DNA of 64,000 nucleotides from Crocinitomicaceae bacterium (GCA_021325675.1 JAJTCM010000004.1:2794-66793); one strand, 5' to 3'; positions 9,358 through 18,823 are shown, numbered from the stretch's first letter. Notes: generated from the sequence alone by a model not told the origin. Numbers and translations: made by a program.

Positions 9358-10917
9358 TTAATCCACCGTAAGCTGTAATTCAACTTCTGTTTCCCAGTTG
9401 GCGCGCACTTTGGCTTTTTCGGGAAAATAGAGCACTTTTTCGGCGGATTTGCGCTGCAGAACGTCCCCGCCATCCCATTTGCCGTTTGCATTTTCATCCA
9501 ATACCAGGCGGAAACTGTATTCGCCGCCTTCAATGTACGTCAAAACGGGGTTGTTTTCCAGAACGGAGCAGCTTACCTGGCGCATGACTTTGTTTTCCTT
9601 CAGGATTTCCAGCACACAAGGCGATTTCGCTTTGAAGTTCTTCAGTACCAGCGTCCCGAATTCCCGCTCTTCTTTCGCGGTAAATGTTTCGTGGATGCTG
9701 TCGGAAAACGTGTTGTCGGTAAACTGGATAGCCCCGGCGAGCAGCTTGATTTGCAAGGACTTCACCGGCTTTTTTTCCAAGGTGACGGTAAAGCGGTTGT
9801 GCTGAAAAGAAAATTTCGGTAAAACCGGTGTGGTATCCCCGGCGAGGAGGCCAATGCTGTCGGCATCAAACGCGAGGATCGGCTGACTAAACAGGAAACT
9901 GAATTCCTGCGTTTGCGTCAGGTCCTTGTCTTTCGGGAATACTTCGTACTGTACTTTTTTGATCCGCTGATTGTGGCGAAAAAATAAAGTGTCAGCCTGG
10001 ATATCCGTTGTGATATAGAAATCTTTTTCCGGTTGTTTTGGTAAGGAGAACGTAATCGAATCCGTTCTGTAATAAAAAATCCTGGCGGAATCAATCTCTT
10101 CTTCTTCGAAGTAAAAATGGGCTTTCGATAAGTCAAAGTTGGCTCCTATCCTGATTTGAGAAGGATAAACAAAGCTTTTATGAGTAATCTTTTGCAGCTG
10201 CGGGTTCTGAAAAACGAGGATCGCAGACGAATCGGTAAAAGAGGAATCGAGCTTCAAGACTTCTTCTTTGAACCCGACTTTTTCTGCCGGCTGAAACCTG
10301 AGGTCTTTGTTCAGGTCGTTAAAAGTATATACCAGGTAAGTCCCTGCTGCCAGGTAACCCAGCTCAAACTGCCCGATTCGGTTAGTTTTGGCAAAGTAGC
10401 GCGGTTTAACCGAGTCGATTTTATCATTCTCACCGTAAAGCCCAACCAAAAAAGAACCCTGGATTTCGCCGGTGTAAGCATCAGCTACTTTTCCTTCATA
10501 CGTCAGGGAGTCGATATACGGACCGGTTGAAAAAACATAGCGCATCAGGGAATCATTTCCTTCATTGAGATCTTTAACTGCGTTGTTGAACGTAAGCTGA
10601 TACGTTGTGTTGTGTTTTAGGTCGCCGCTGATATCCAGGATGAGTTTCTTTTTATCTGCTTTAGCTTCTACCGTTGGGCCGAGTGGTAAAATTGCAATGT
10701 TTTCAGAGGGATTGTTGAGCTTAAAATATTCGTCAAATTCGATCACGATTCTCCTGCTGCTGAAATTAACGCTGCCCGAAGGCGGCTGCATTCCGTTTTC
10801 AACCGGTTTAGGTGCCGTTTCATCTTGTTGTCCACCGGCAATTTCACCGACAGTTGCACAGGCGCTGAGCCAAAGCAAAATGAGCAGGCAGCCGCTTATG
10901 CGAAAGAAGCGATCCAT
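9358..10917 (-). CDS. putative lipoprotein (Ig-like fold suspected)
   Basis: Lipobox LWLSAC after the ATG at 10917; the ORF-track start at 10923 is TTG. No catalytic motif seen. Confidence 0.6.
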   Translation of the reverse strand: MDRFFRISGCLLILLWLSACATVGEIAGGQQDETAPKPVENGMQPPSGSVNFSSRRIVIEFDEYFKLNNPSENIAILPLGPTVEAKADKKKLILDISGDLKHNTTYQLTFNNAVKDLNEGNDSLMRYVFSTGPYIDSLTYEGKVADAYTGEIQGSFLVGLYGENDKIDSVKPRYFAKTNRIGQFELGYLAAGTYLVYTFNDLNKDLRFQPAEKVGFKEEVLKLDSSFTDSSAILVFQNPQLQKITHKSFVYPSQIRIGANFDLSKAHFYFEEEEIDSARIFYYRTDSITFSLPKQPEKDFYITTDIQADTLFFRHNQRIKKVQYEVFPKDKDLTQTQEFSFLFSQPILAFDADSIGLLAGDTTPVLPKFSFQHNRFTVTLEKKPVKSLQIKLLAGAIQFTDNTFSDSIHETFTAKEEREFGTLVLKNFKAKSPCVLEILKENKVMRQVSCSVLENNPVLTYIEGGEYSFRLVLDENANGKWDGGDVLQRKSAEKVLYFPEKAKVRANWETEVELQLTVD

Positions 10918-11375
10918 TGGCAAAGTTTTTCTAATTCTTCCTGGTCCACGCTGTCAAAATCGTTCAGCCGGTCGCTGTCAACGTCCAGGACGCCGATTAC
11001 TTCACCGCCGCGGATGATGGGCACAACAATCTCACTTTTGGAAAGCGAGCTGCAGGCAATGTGTCCCGGGAAAGCTTCCACATCAGGAACAAGCAGCGTT
11101 TTTTGCTCTTTCCATGCTGATCCGCAAACACCGCGCCCGAACGCGATCCGGGTACAGGCAACCGTTCCCTGGAAAGGCCTGAGCACCAGCTCACCGTCTT
11201 TAACGAGGTAAAATCCCACCCAGAAAAACCCGAAAGTGCTTTTGAGCGCAGCGCTGATGTTGGCGAGATTGGCAACCAGGTCAGTCTCATCACCAATTAA
11301 GGCTTGAATCTGGGGCAAGAGTGAAGTATATTTTTCCTGCTTGCTTTCTCCTGCTATGTATAAATCTTCTGCCAT
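10896..11375 (-). CDS. msrC: GAF-domain free methionine-(R)-sulfoxide reductase
   Basis: Close resemblance to YebR/fRMsr, including the three conserved Cys contexts (VACTRI, GRGVCG, GHIACSS). Confidence 0.8.
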   Translation of the reverse strand: MAEDLYIAGESKQEKYTSLLPQIQALIGDETDLVANLANISAALKSTFGFFWVGFYLVKDGELVLRPFQGTVACTRIAFGRGVCGSAWKEQKTLLVPDVEAFPGHIACSSLSKSEIVVPIIRGGEVIGVLDVDSDRLNDFDSVDQEELEKLCQWIASFA

Positions 11376-11395
11376 TTTTCCTGCAAATATTCAGG

Positions 11396-11403
11396 CAAAT
11401 TTA
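11396..11403 (-). promoter_or_regulatory. -7 box TAAATTTG
   Basis: 20 nt upstream of the msrC ATG (11375). Confidence 0.5.
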
Positions 11404-11523
11404 CGGGATTTTTTTCATTTAAATTCATAGGCAGGAAGTCGCTTCCGGGATTTAAGATAAAATTTACACGAGGCTTTGTGTTTTCGAAAATAAAATGTAC
11501 TTTTAAGACTCAGATTGGGTTGA

Positions 11524-12528
11524 TTGAAAAGGCTTTTCCAGATATGTTTTGCTTCACTGTTGCTGGCTTCCTGCGGGGAGGATGACGCTATTATACAACA
11601 GGCTGAACCTCAAAAAGTTGCCCAGTGGATCAATCCGTTGTTTTTCAACAACGATTTTGAGCATGAGCTTAATTTTCCGCTTTGGTTTGACGATTCCCTG
11701 GTCCGCGCCCACCAGATTTATAAAATTACGAAACGCGTTTACCCGCATATTATCGGCGATACCTCTGAAATTAACGATTATAACCAGGCCATTCCGAAGG
11801 AAAAAATCGAATACTATTTTGATCCGAACGGGTTGGTTGACCGGGTGGTGGTTTATTCCTATTTTGATGACCGTGAAATTGCCCGGGCAACTTTTGTTTA
11901 CCAGGGAAATATGCTGGCGTCTGGTTATCGTAAAGTGAGCGCCCTGCCCTTTATTTCGCTTACCAAAAACCCGATCACAGATGAGTTTACGACGGAATTT
12001 TACCAGGATAAAACCCACCAGTATTCCCTGCTGAATTTTGCCCATGAAAAGAAAAAATTCTCCACGTATTTTGACGTCGAAAAGGGAAACCATCTTTTTT
12101 TGCTTAAAAACAAGAAAAACTGGGGCCCGCTCTCCGTTGATTCGATCCTCAACCCGCAAAAGGAAGACTGGATCGTGCTGGGGACAATGCGGAAGCCTTA
12201 CAAGCGTTACCAGGTGGAAAACACGGTGAAGGAACGCAATATTTACATTTACGATTACTGGAATTCGGGTGTGGTGAAACGCCGGGTGAAAAAAACCTAT
12301 CCTTTCGAATACCGCCGCACCTATCTTTTCGGCAAAAAACACGAATGGACCGGCTATATCGATTCCACTTTTTCGGAAGGAAATTTTATTACGACAACGG
12401 AGCACAATATCCTGTTTGACGAATACGAACGGCCGATAGAAATCAACCACCGCAAATCAAATGAAGAGCCGCAGGGATTTTTTTATAAAGAAACCTTGCA
12501 TTACAGAACAAAAAACAAGCAGAAATGA
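11524..12528 (+). CDS. hypothetical lipoprotein
   Basis: TTG start followed by a signal peptide and lipobox (LLLASC). Its stop overlaps the next ATG (ATGA at 12525-12528). Confidence 0.6.
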   Translation: MKRLFQICFASLLLASCGEDDAIIQQAEPQKVAQWINPLFFNNDFEHELNFPLWFDDSLVRAHQIYKITKRVYPHIIGDTSEINDYNQAIPKEKIEYYFDPNGLVDRVVVYSYFDDREIARATFVYQGNMLASGYRKVSALPFISLTKNPITDEFTTEFYQDKTHQYSLLNFAHEKKKFSTYFDVEKGNHLFLLKNKKNWGPLSVDSILNPQKEDWIVLGTMRKPYKRYQVENTVKERNIYIYDYWNSGVVKRRVKKTYPFEYRRTYLFGKKHEWTGYIDSTFSEGNFITTTEHNILFDEYERPIEINHRKSNEEPQGFFYKETLHYRTKNKQK

Positions 12529-15500
12529 TACATCTGAAAGCTTCACGCTTCGCCCTGACTACCTTTTTATTGTTGATAATCCAGGTGTTTTACGCCCAGG
12601 ATACATTCAAATACAAAGGGGAAACCTTCAATATTTATCCGCACAAGCGCAAGACAAACCCGGGCTGGATCCTGCTGGAAGGCATGAACAGGAACAATAA
12701 GTCGAACATTGAATACATGTACAAAGCGCAAATGGGCGATTACGGCTTTACGGACCAGGACCTGGCTGAAGGCATGAAATATTATGAAAATGAAATTTTC
12801 GGTACTTTCCGGGTTACGTTAAAAAGCAAGCAAATCCAGGAGATCCGGAAAAATTCCATTAAATTTTTTAATACGCCGGTTAACCTGCACCAAAACATCA
12901 CCCCGAGCATTGATGTGCTGCCCGATGGAAAATACGTCCAGTTTTACGACGCGCTTTTTACCCTGAACGAAAAAGGCGATATTGTTCCGTATGAAGGACA
13001 GGTGGCCGGGGTTTTCAGCATCAAAAATAACCTGCTGGACGGTTTTGCTTATTGGATCAGCACAACGGGCGATACCATCGAACAGGGAAATTACAGCGAA
13101 GGAAAGCGCGAAGGCAAGTGGGTTTTCAGGCAAAAAAATGATTTTGACATGAATGAAATCACCGACTCTTTGTCTTACGACCAGATTTACTGCGAATACA
13201 AGGATGGGATGCTGGACGGGCCTTACACGGAATATTTCAATGGAAAAGTCCGCTTTAAGGGGTTTTACACCGCCAGTGAAGCTTCCGGGGAATGGTTTTT
13301 TTACAACGAAGAGCTGTACATGGACCAGGTCAGTAAATTGTATAACTACAAATATTACCTGCAAAAGCACCTGACTTATGCCGGGAAAAATCCGCCTGTT
13401 TCCCATAAGCCCGTGCTGCGGAGCGTTGTCAACCAGGGACTTGTGAAAACCGATTCTATCAGCCTTCCGGAAAATTTGTACCAGTCGCAGGTTGATTTCA
13501 GTCACATGTACAAGCTTTACAAAGCGGAGATCGAAGATCTGGAGCTGCCGGAAGAAAAAATGACTTCGTATGACGGCCTGGATGTGGAGCGCGATTATGC
13601 CTTTGACGAAGGCGACTATGGCGATTATATCCGTTACAGCAATGAAAAGATCTGGTACAACGGCAAAGAGCTTACACGGGCGAAGCTCATCGATAGTATC
13701 GGGATCCAAAACCTGTACAAAGATGTTTACGAAGAGTTCTACCCGAACGGCCAGCTGAAATTCCGCTACCGCTACGAAAACGGCGATTTGCTTTACGAAG
13801 ACACGGTATTCTGGGACAACGGGCAGGCTTCAAACGTTGTGCTTTACAACCCTGCGATTAAAGAATATACGATTACAACCTTTGATTATGCCGGCAAGCT
13901 GCTGAGTGTGACGAAATACGATTCTTTAGGGGAGTTCAGGAATGCCCCGGTGGCTTACGCCCGATACCCGAAAGTGAAAATCGAGGGATTGACCGCCAAT
14001 TTCCACAATGATTTCAATTTCTATGAAATGAATGTTTTCGACACGCTGACCAAGGCCCACATCACAGCGCCGACTTATTTGTTCAAGTCCTGGTATTATG
14101 ATAAAAGGTTGTGTGCCGAAACTTTATTTGACCCGACCGAGCGCATGCTGAAGGTGCAAATCCGTTCCCTGGACCAAACACCGCTCCAGGTTTCAAGCTA
14201 CACCTTTGGAGAGGATTATTCCTATTTTTCACACCGCAATGAAACTTACCTCGAAAACCTGCGGGCGGTAACGATTTCCAATGGAAGCTATTCGGGTTCT
14301 TACCACAAAGATTCACTGCCGCAGTCAAAAATCGCTTTTATCCGCGAATTTGAGCTGACGGATGATTACACGCTCCAATACGAAGGCGTTCCTTTTACAG
14401 GCGAAGTTGAACTGAAGCTGAATTGCTCAAAACCGCAAATTTCAATTAAAAAAGACGCTATTAAGCTCGGTGTACCGAAACGGAATTACATGATGAAGGT
14501 AATTGCGGATTACCTCAAATTCCAGAAAACAGGCAAGGGCAAATACCAGAAATACTATCCTTACCTTGATCTCGGAATGGATTTCGAGGGGCTGTTCAAC
14601 GGTATTTTTCCTTTTGTTTCCAGCGTAGCTGAAGGAGTGGGTTACAATCCTTACGATTATGACGAAAACGAGATTTACCAGCAGGAGGTTTTAGGATCTG
14701 CCGTCACCCGCATTGAAGGCCGCATGGTAAACGGAAAACCGGTTGGAAAATGGATTGCCTACGACCAGAACGGGAAAATCCGGAAAGAAACGCATTTTGA
14801 AAACGGCGAACGGGAAGGGGAGGACAGGACCTATGCTTTTGCGCAGCCCAAGCCCAAATACAAAAAGCCGCGCAAGGGCGATGAAATGTATTATTACGAA
14901 GAAATGTACCTGCCGCAGAACAAGTACAAAAAATACCCGAAGAAAACGACCTATTACCTGCAGCATGTGGTTAATTATCACAAAGGCCTCATGAACGGCC
15001 CGGAAAAATACTTCGACTGGGAAGGCAACATTAATTTTTCCGTGAATTACAAAGACGGTTACATGGAAGGACAAAGCCTGGAACGCAATACGCTGATCAC
15101 GACACGGAGCTCATATACAGATGGCCTGCTGGATGGAATTATGCGCACCGACCTTACAATCCCGGGACGCGACACCATCACGCTTTTCGACCTGAATTTT
15201 CAAAACCACCAGCTCCAGGGCGAATCCAAGGCCTACCACCCGAACGGCCTGCTGGCGAAACGCGGTTTTTTTCTCAACAGTCAGCCGATCGACGATTATG
15301 AAGCTTTTGATACGCTTGGCACAAAATACCATTACGTCAAATTCCAGTATTCTTTCCCGGTGGAAGAAAAAATCTGGGAAGAAAATGAGCTGAGTGTGCG
15401 TTACCTCTACGACTGGCGCGATTCGATTTATTTCATGCCGGACGACCTGGTGGCTATTCCGTCAACTTACGATTTGCTGATGCAATATGGCCTGATGGAT

Positions 15501-16223
15501 CAAAATGAGCTTGAGCAGCCTTATTACGGACGCCCCAGCCTGATTGAGAAAACAGGGATAAAATACCACGTCACGAAATATTTTCCTGACCAGGTAATTT
15601 CCCGCGACGGACCAATCGACAGCGGTAAAAAAGTGGGCTGCTGGTATTACAATAACTACGCAGGCGTAAAACAATACGAAGTGGATTATTTCGATACGAT
15701 CCTGAAGATCAACGACAGCATTAAGTTTAAATCCAAGGGCATCCGCACGGATTATGATTCGCTTGGAAATGCTTTATTCACCAGCTACGTGATCGAGAAA
15801 ATCGAAAATTACGATTGCTCCCACACGGACCATTACGAAGTGCGCCAGTTTATGACCATCTGGCAAAAAGATACATCGTTTCACCGTTTCGACGGCTATG
15901 TAAAAAATTACTATGACGACGGCACGCTTCAAAGTGAAGGTCAAATGAAAAGCGGCTTGCCAACAGGCGTCTGGAAATACTATACGCCAAACGGCCAGCT
16001 CAACCAGGTGGGTGAATACGTGATGGGAAAACGCAACGGCCGCTGGCTGAAAGGCGATCTCTCCAAAACGAATTACCTGGGCGACATCTGCCTGAACCCG
16101 AATTTGCCCGATCTCGAAAAGCGCCTGGAATACCAGGAAAACCTGCTGGATATCAATATCCGCTATTTTAAGCTGGGAAAAGTGATCAATTCGGAATATT
16201 ACGACATTAACAACAATAAATAA
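12525..16223 (+). CDS. large MORN-variant (YwqK-like) repeat protein
   Basis: 1232 aa with an N-terminal hydrophobic signal. Many G.W..Y..NG...G.Y..G...G repeats (GKWIAYDQNGKIRKETHFENGEREG, GVWKYYTPNGQLNQVGEYVMGKRNGRW). Confidence 0.7.
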   Translation: MIHLKASRFALTTFLLLIIQVFYAQDTFKYKGETFNIYPHKRKTNPGWILLEGMNRNNKSNIEYMYKAQMGDYGFTDQDLAEGMKYYENEIFGTFRVTLKSKQIQEIRKNSIKFFNTPVNLHQNITPSIDVLPDGKYVQFYDALFTLNEKGDIVPYEGQVAGVFSIKNNLLDGFAYWISTTGDTIEQGNYSEGKREGKWVFRQKNDFDMNEITDSLSYDQIYCEYKDGMLDGPYTEYFNGKVRFKGFYTASEASGEWFFYNEELYMDQVSKLYNYKYYLQKHLTYAGKNPPVSHKPVLRSVVNQGLVKTDSISLPENLYQSQVDFSHMYKLYKAEIEDLELPEEKMTSYDGLDVERDYAFDEGDYGDYIRYSNEKIWYNGKELTRAKLIDSIGIQNLYKDVYEEFYPNGQLKFRYRYENGDLLYEDTVFWDNGQASNVVLYNPAIKEYTITTFDYAGKLLSVTKYDSLGEFRNAPVAYARYPKVKIEGLTANFHNDFNFYEMNVFDTLTKAHITAPTYLFKSWYYDKRLCAETLFDPTERMLKVQIRSLDQTPLQVSSYTFGEDYSYFSHRNETYLENLRAVTISNGSYSGSYHKDSLPQSKIAFIREFELTDDYTLQYEGVPFTGEVELKLNCSKPQISIKKDAIKLGVPKRNYMMKVIADYLKFQKTGKGKYQKYYPYLDLGMDFEGLFNGIFPFVSSVAEGVGYNPYDYDENEIYQQEVLGSAVTRIEGRMVNGKPVGKWIAYDQNGKIRKETHFENGEREGEDRTYAFAQPKPKYKKPRKGDEMYYYEEMYLPQNKYKKYPKKTTYYLQHVVNYHKGLMNGPEKYFDWEGNINFSVNYKDGYMEGQSLERNTLITTRSSYTDGLLDGIMRTDLTIPGRDTITLFDLNFQNHQLQGESKAYHPNGLLAKRGFFLNSQPIDDYEAFDTLGTKYHYVKFQYSFPVEEKIWEENELSVRYLYDWRDSIYFMPDDLVAIPSTYDLLMQYGLMDQNELEQPYYGRPSLIEKTGIKYHVTKYFPDQVISRDGPIDSGKKVGCWYYNNYAGVKQYEVDYFDTILKINDSIKFKSKGIRTDYDSLGNALFTSYVIEKIENYDCSHTDHYEVRQFMTIWQKDTSFHRFDGYVKNYYDDGTLQSEGQMKSGLPTGVWKYYTPNGQLNQVGEYVMGKRNGRWLKGDLSKTNYLGDICLNPNLPDLEKRLEYQENLLDINIRYFKLGKVINSEYYDINNNK

Positions 16224-16317
16224 TGTGCTGATGATTTAATGTGCTAATATGCTAATTGAAAAAGTATTAGCACATTATCTCATTAACACATTGGCATATT
16301 AACACATTAGCATATTA
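16221..16317. repeat. family-1 palindromic intergenic element (8-nt units TAATRTGC / GCAYATTA)
   Basis: 4 phased units at 16221-16255 and 6 phased inverted units at 16267-16317. Perfect 13-bp inverted repeat 16237-16249 / 16265-16277. Confidence 0.9.
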
Positions 16318-16323
16318 AAGAAA

Positions 16324-18597
16324 ATGAAAGAACCTGCTGAGCTTGTAAAAAGCTTCATAAACCAAACCAAAAAGAATATTTTTCTGACCGGGAAGGCGGG
16401 CACCGGGAAAACTACGCTGCTGAACGAAATTAAAAAACATACGCTGAAACAGGTTATTGTTGTGGCGCCAACCGGGATTGCCGCCCTGAACGCCGGTGGT
16501 GTGACTATCCACTCCATGTTCCAGCTTCCTTTTGCTGCTTTTGTTCCCGATCATACTTCTTTCCAGCACCTTAATCATGTGAAGATCGAAACGCGCGACT
16601 CGCTCATGCGTCATTTCCAGATGAACCGCAAGCGCCGCGACCTGATCCGGAATATGGAATTGCTGATCATTGATGAGGTGAGTATGCTGCGCGCCGATTT
16701 GCTGGATGCGATGGACTGGATGCTGCGGAATGTGCGCAAAAAAAACCAGCCGTTCGGTGGGGTGCAGGTGCTTTTTATCGGCGATTTGATGCAGCTGCCG
16801 CCTGTGGTAAAAAATGAAGAATGGGAAGTACTGAAAAAATATTACGAAGGCATTTTCTTCTTCTATGCCCGTGTATTGCGCGAAAATCCACCTCTTTACA
16901 TTGAGCTTGAGAAAATCTTCAGGCAGGACGATCCGCTTTTTATCCAGCTGCTGAACCATTTGCGGAACAACCAGATCACAGAAGAAGACAAGCGTATTTT
17001 GAACCAGCATGTGAACCCCGATTTTGAAATCCAGGAGCACCCGGGTTATATTACGCTGACGACACATAATTACAAAGCCGACCAGATCAACCAGAAACAA
17101 CTGGAACATTTGCCGGGAAAATTACATACGTACCGTTCCGAAACCAAAGGGGATTTTCCGCAGCACCTGTGGCCGGTTGAAACGGACCTTGAGCTTAAAA
17201 AAGGTGCACAGGTCATGTTTATCAAAAACGATATTTCACCGGACAAGCTTTTTTTCAATGGTAAAATGGGGGTGATCAAAGACCTGAACCAGGCGGAAAT
17301 TACCGTTGAGTTCCCTGATGAAAAGCGTTCGATTGAAGTGCAGAAATACGAGTGGGAAAACGTGCGTTACACCATTGATGAAAATACGAAAGAGATCAGC
17401 GAAGAAACCGTTGGGACTTTCGTGCAGTACCCGCTGAAACTGGCCTGGGCAATTACCGTACACAAAAGCCAGGGATTGACCTTCGATAAAGCGGTGATCG
17501 ATGTGGCGGATGCTTTCGCTCCCGGCCAGGCCTATGTTGCCCTGAGCCGCTTGCGTTCCCTGGAAGGCTTGGTTTTGCTGAAACCTTTTGCAACAAATGC
17601 CATGCAAAACAACCGCCAGGTGATCGATTATGCAGAAAACAAAACCGATGCGGACCTGCTGAACGAAGCCCTGTCGGAATCAACGAAAAGCTACCTGCTG
17701 GACGAGCTTGAGCAAGCCTTTGATTTTGGTGGGCTGGCAACAACCTGGCGGATCCATGCCGCGAGCTACGATTCGGCACCGTCCAAATCTGAAAAGGTCA
17801 AACACGCGGATTGGGCGCGCCATCAATCCAAAAAAATGGAGCTGCTCAACGATCCGGCGGCGAAATTTATCAACCAGCTGCGCCGGATTTTCTACCAGCC
17901 GGATTTCAACCTGGCCTTTGCCTGCGAACGCGTTCTGGCGGCTTATGCTTATTTCTACAAAGACCTGGACGAAGTGCTGACTTCCATTTTGCGCAAGATG
18001 CAGGAGGTGAAGCGCCTGCCTAAAATCAAAGCTTACTACGAAGAGCTGGAAGAAATTGACGAAGCGCAGACGGAGCACATTACCCGGATCAAAAAAATGC
18101 GGATGCTGCTTGAAGCCATGCGCGATCAGAAAGAGCTGACGAAAAACATTGTCTGGAATGAAGAAATCCTGCAATACAAAATTGCCAAAGTAGCAGCTAT
18201 TAAACAAGAATTACGCAGCAGCAGCACTTTACTGGATTTCGACGAGCTGTATGAAGAGGAAATCCCGGTTAAAAAGGCAAAAAAAGAGAAAAAAGCCAAG
18301 GAAGAGAAAATTTCCAGCGTTGACCAGAGCTTTGAGCTGATTAAATCGGGGAAAAGCGTCGCAGAAATTGCCGAAATCCGCATGTTGAGCGAAAGTACGA
18401 TCTTCAGTCATATTTCCCAGTTGATTAAGGCTGAAAAAATCGAGTTGCACGAAGTGATGAGCGCCGAACGCATCGAAGAGATCAAAGAAGCCTTTGTAGG
18501 TTTCGAAGGAGATTCGCTAACGCCGGTGAAAGAAAAATATGGAGATGAATTCTCCTGGGATGAGCTGAGGTTGTATAAGACGAGCCTCTTGAAGTAA
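16324..18597 (+). CDS. Pif1/RecD-family ATP-dependent DNA helicase with C-terminal helix-turn-helix region
   Basis: Walker A GKAGTGKTTLL, Walker B LIIDEVSML, TVHKSQGLTFD motif and a C-terminal HTH-like tail. Confidence 0.85.
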   Translation: MKEPAELVKSFINQTKKNIFLTGKAGTGKTTLLNEIKKHTLKQVIVVAPTGIAALNAGGVTIHSMFQLPFAAFVPDHTSFQHLNHVKIETRDSLMRHFQMNRKRRDLIRNMELLIIDEVSMLRADLLDAMDWMLRNVRKKNQPFGGVQVLFIGDLMQLPPVVKNEEWEVLKKYYEGIFFFYARVLRENPPLYIELEKIFRQDDPLFIQLLNHLRNNQITEEDKRILNQHVNPDFEIQEHPGYITLTTHNYKADQINQKQLEHLPGKLHTYRSETKGDFPQHLWPVETDLELKKGAQVMFIKNDISPDKLFFNGKMGVIKDLNQAEITVEFPDEKRSIEVQKYEWENVRYTIDENTKEISEETVGTFVQYPLKLAWAITVHKSQGLTFDKAVIDVADAFAPGQAYVALSRLRSLEGLVLLKPFATNAMQNNRQVIDYAENKTDADLLNEALSESTKSYLLDELEQAFDFGGLATTWRIHAASYDSAPSKSEKVKHADWARHQSKKMELLNDPAAKFINQLRRIFYQPDFNLAFACERVLAAYAYFYKDLDEVLTSILRKMQEVKRLPKIKAYYEELEEIDEAQTEHITRIKKMRMLLEAMRDQKELTKNIVWNEEILQYKIAKVAAIKQELRSSSTLLDFDELYEEEIPVKKAKKEKKAKEEKISSVDQSFELIKSGKSVAEIAEIRMLSESTIFSHISQLIKAEKIELHEVMSAERIEEIKEAFVGFEGDSLTPVKEKYGDEFSWDELRLYKTSLLK

Positions 18598-18695
18598 TGG
18601 GCTAATATTTTAATGTGGTAATATGCTAACGTATAGGTTGTTAATGAATAATTAATCAAATTAACGCATTAGCATATTAATCAATTAGCACATTA
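18595..18695. repeat. family-1 palindromic intergenic element
   Basis: 4 phased units at 18595-18629 and 4 phased inverted units at 18661-18695. Perfect 11-bp inverted repeat 18619-18629 / 18669-18679. Confidence 0.9.
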
Positions 18696-18699
18696 TTAT

Positions 18700-18707
18700 T
18701 ATCTTTG
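18700..18707 (+). promoter_or_regulatory. -7 box TATCTTTG
   Basis: 116 nt upstream of the PAS-PP2C ATG (18824). Begins 4 nt after the last repeat unit (ends 18695). Confidence 0.5.
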
Positions 18708-18823
18708 TCCCGAAATGAAACGATTTAGTTTTAAATATTATCGCATGTGTATGCATTGCTGGCCGTCTTGCTGCTAGTTCCCCTTGTACACCATAATATT
18801 TAAACAATTTTCATTTTACTCCC

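Noticed and set aside
11554-12450. Long ORFs antisense to confidently called genes. These include 11554..12450, 12819..13709, 16315..17109, 23463..23975, 36522..37400, 40414..41091, 43348..44073, 53037..53813, 61801..62514 and 62620..63474.
   Set aside because: Each lies fully inside a gene with clear family motifs on the other strand. Their translations are low-complexity and Arg/Phe/Val-rich with no recognisable motif. They are best explained as stop-poor frames opposite real coding sequence.
16221-16317. Possible CRISPR array, suggested by the regularly spaced repeats here and at 18595-18695 and 24805-24874.
   Set aside because: The units are 8 nt long, directly abutting or overlapping, and have no spacers. 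No cas genes are present. The architecture is incompatible with CRISPR.
16221-18695. Helicase gene as a mobile cassette bounded by inverted repeats.
   Set aside because: Each flanking element is itself palindromic, so inverted symmetry around the gene is automatic. The same elements occur at many unrelated spacers. There is no transposase or integrase and no visible target-site duplication.
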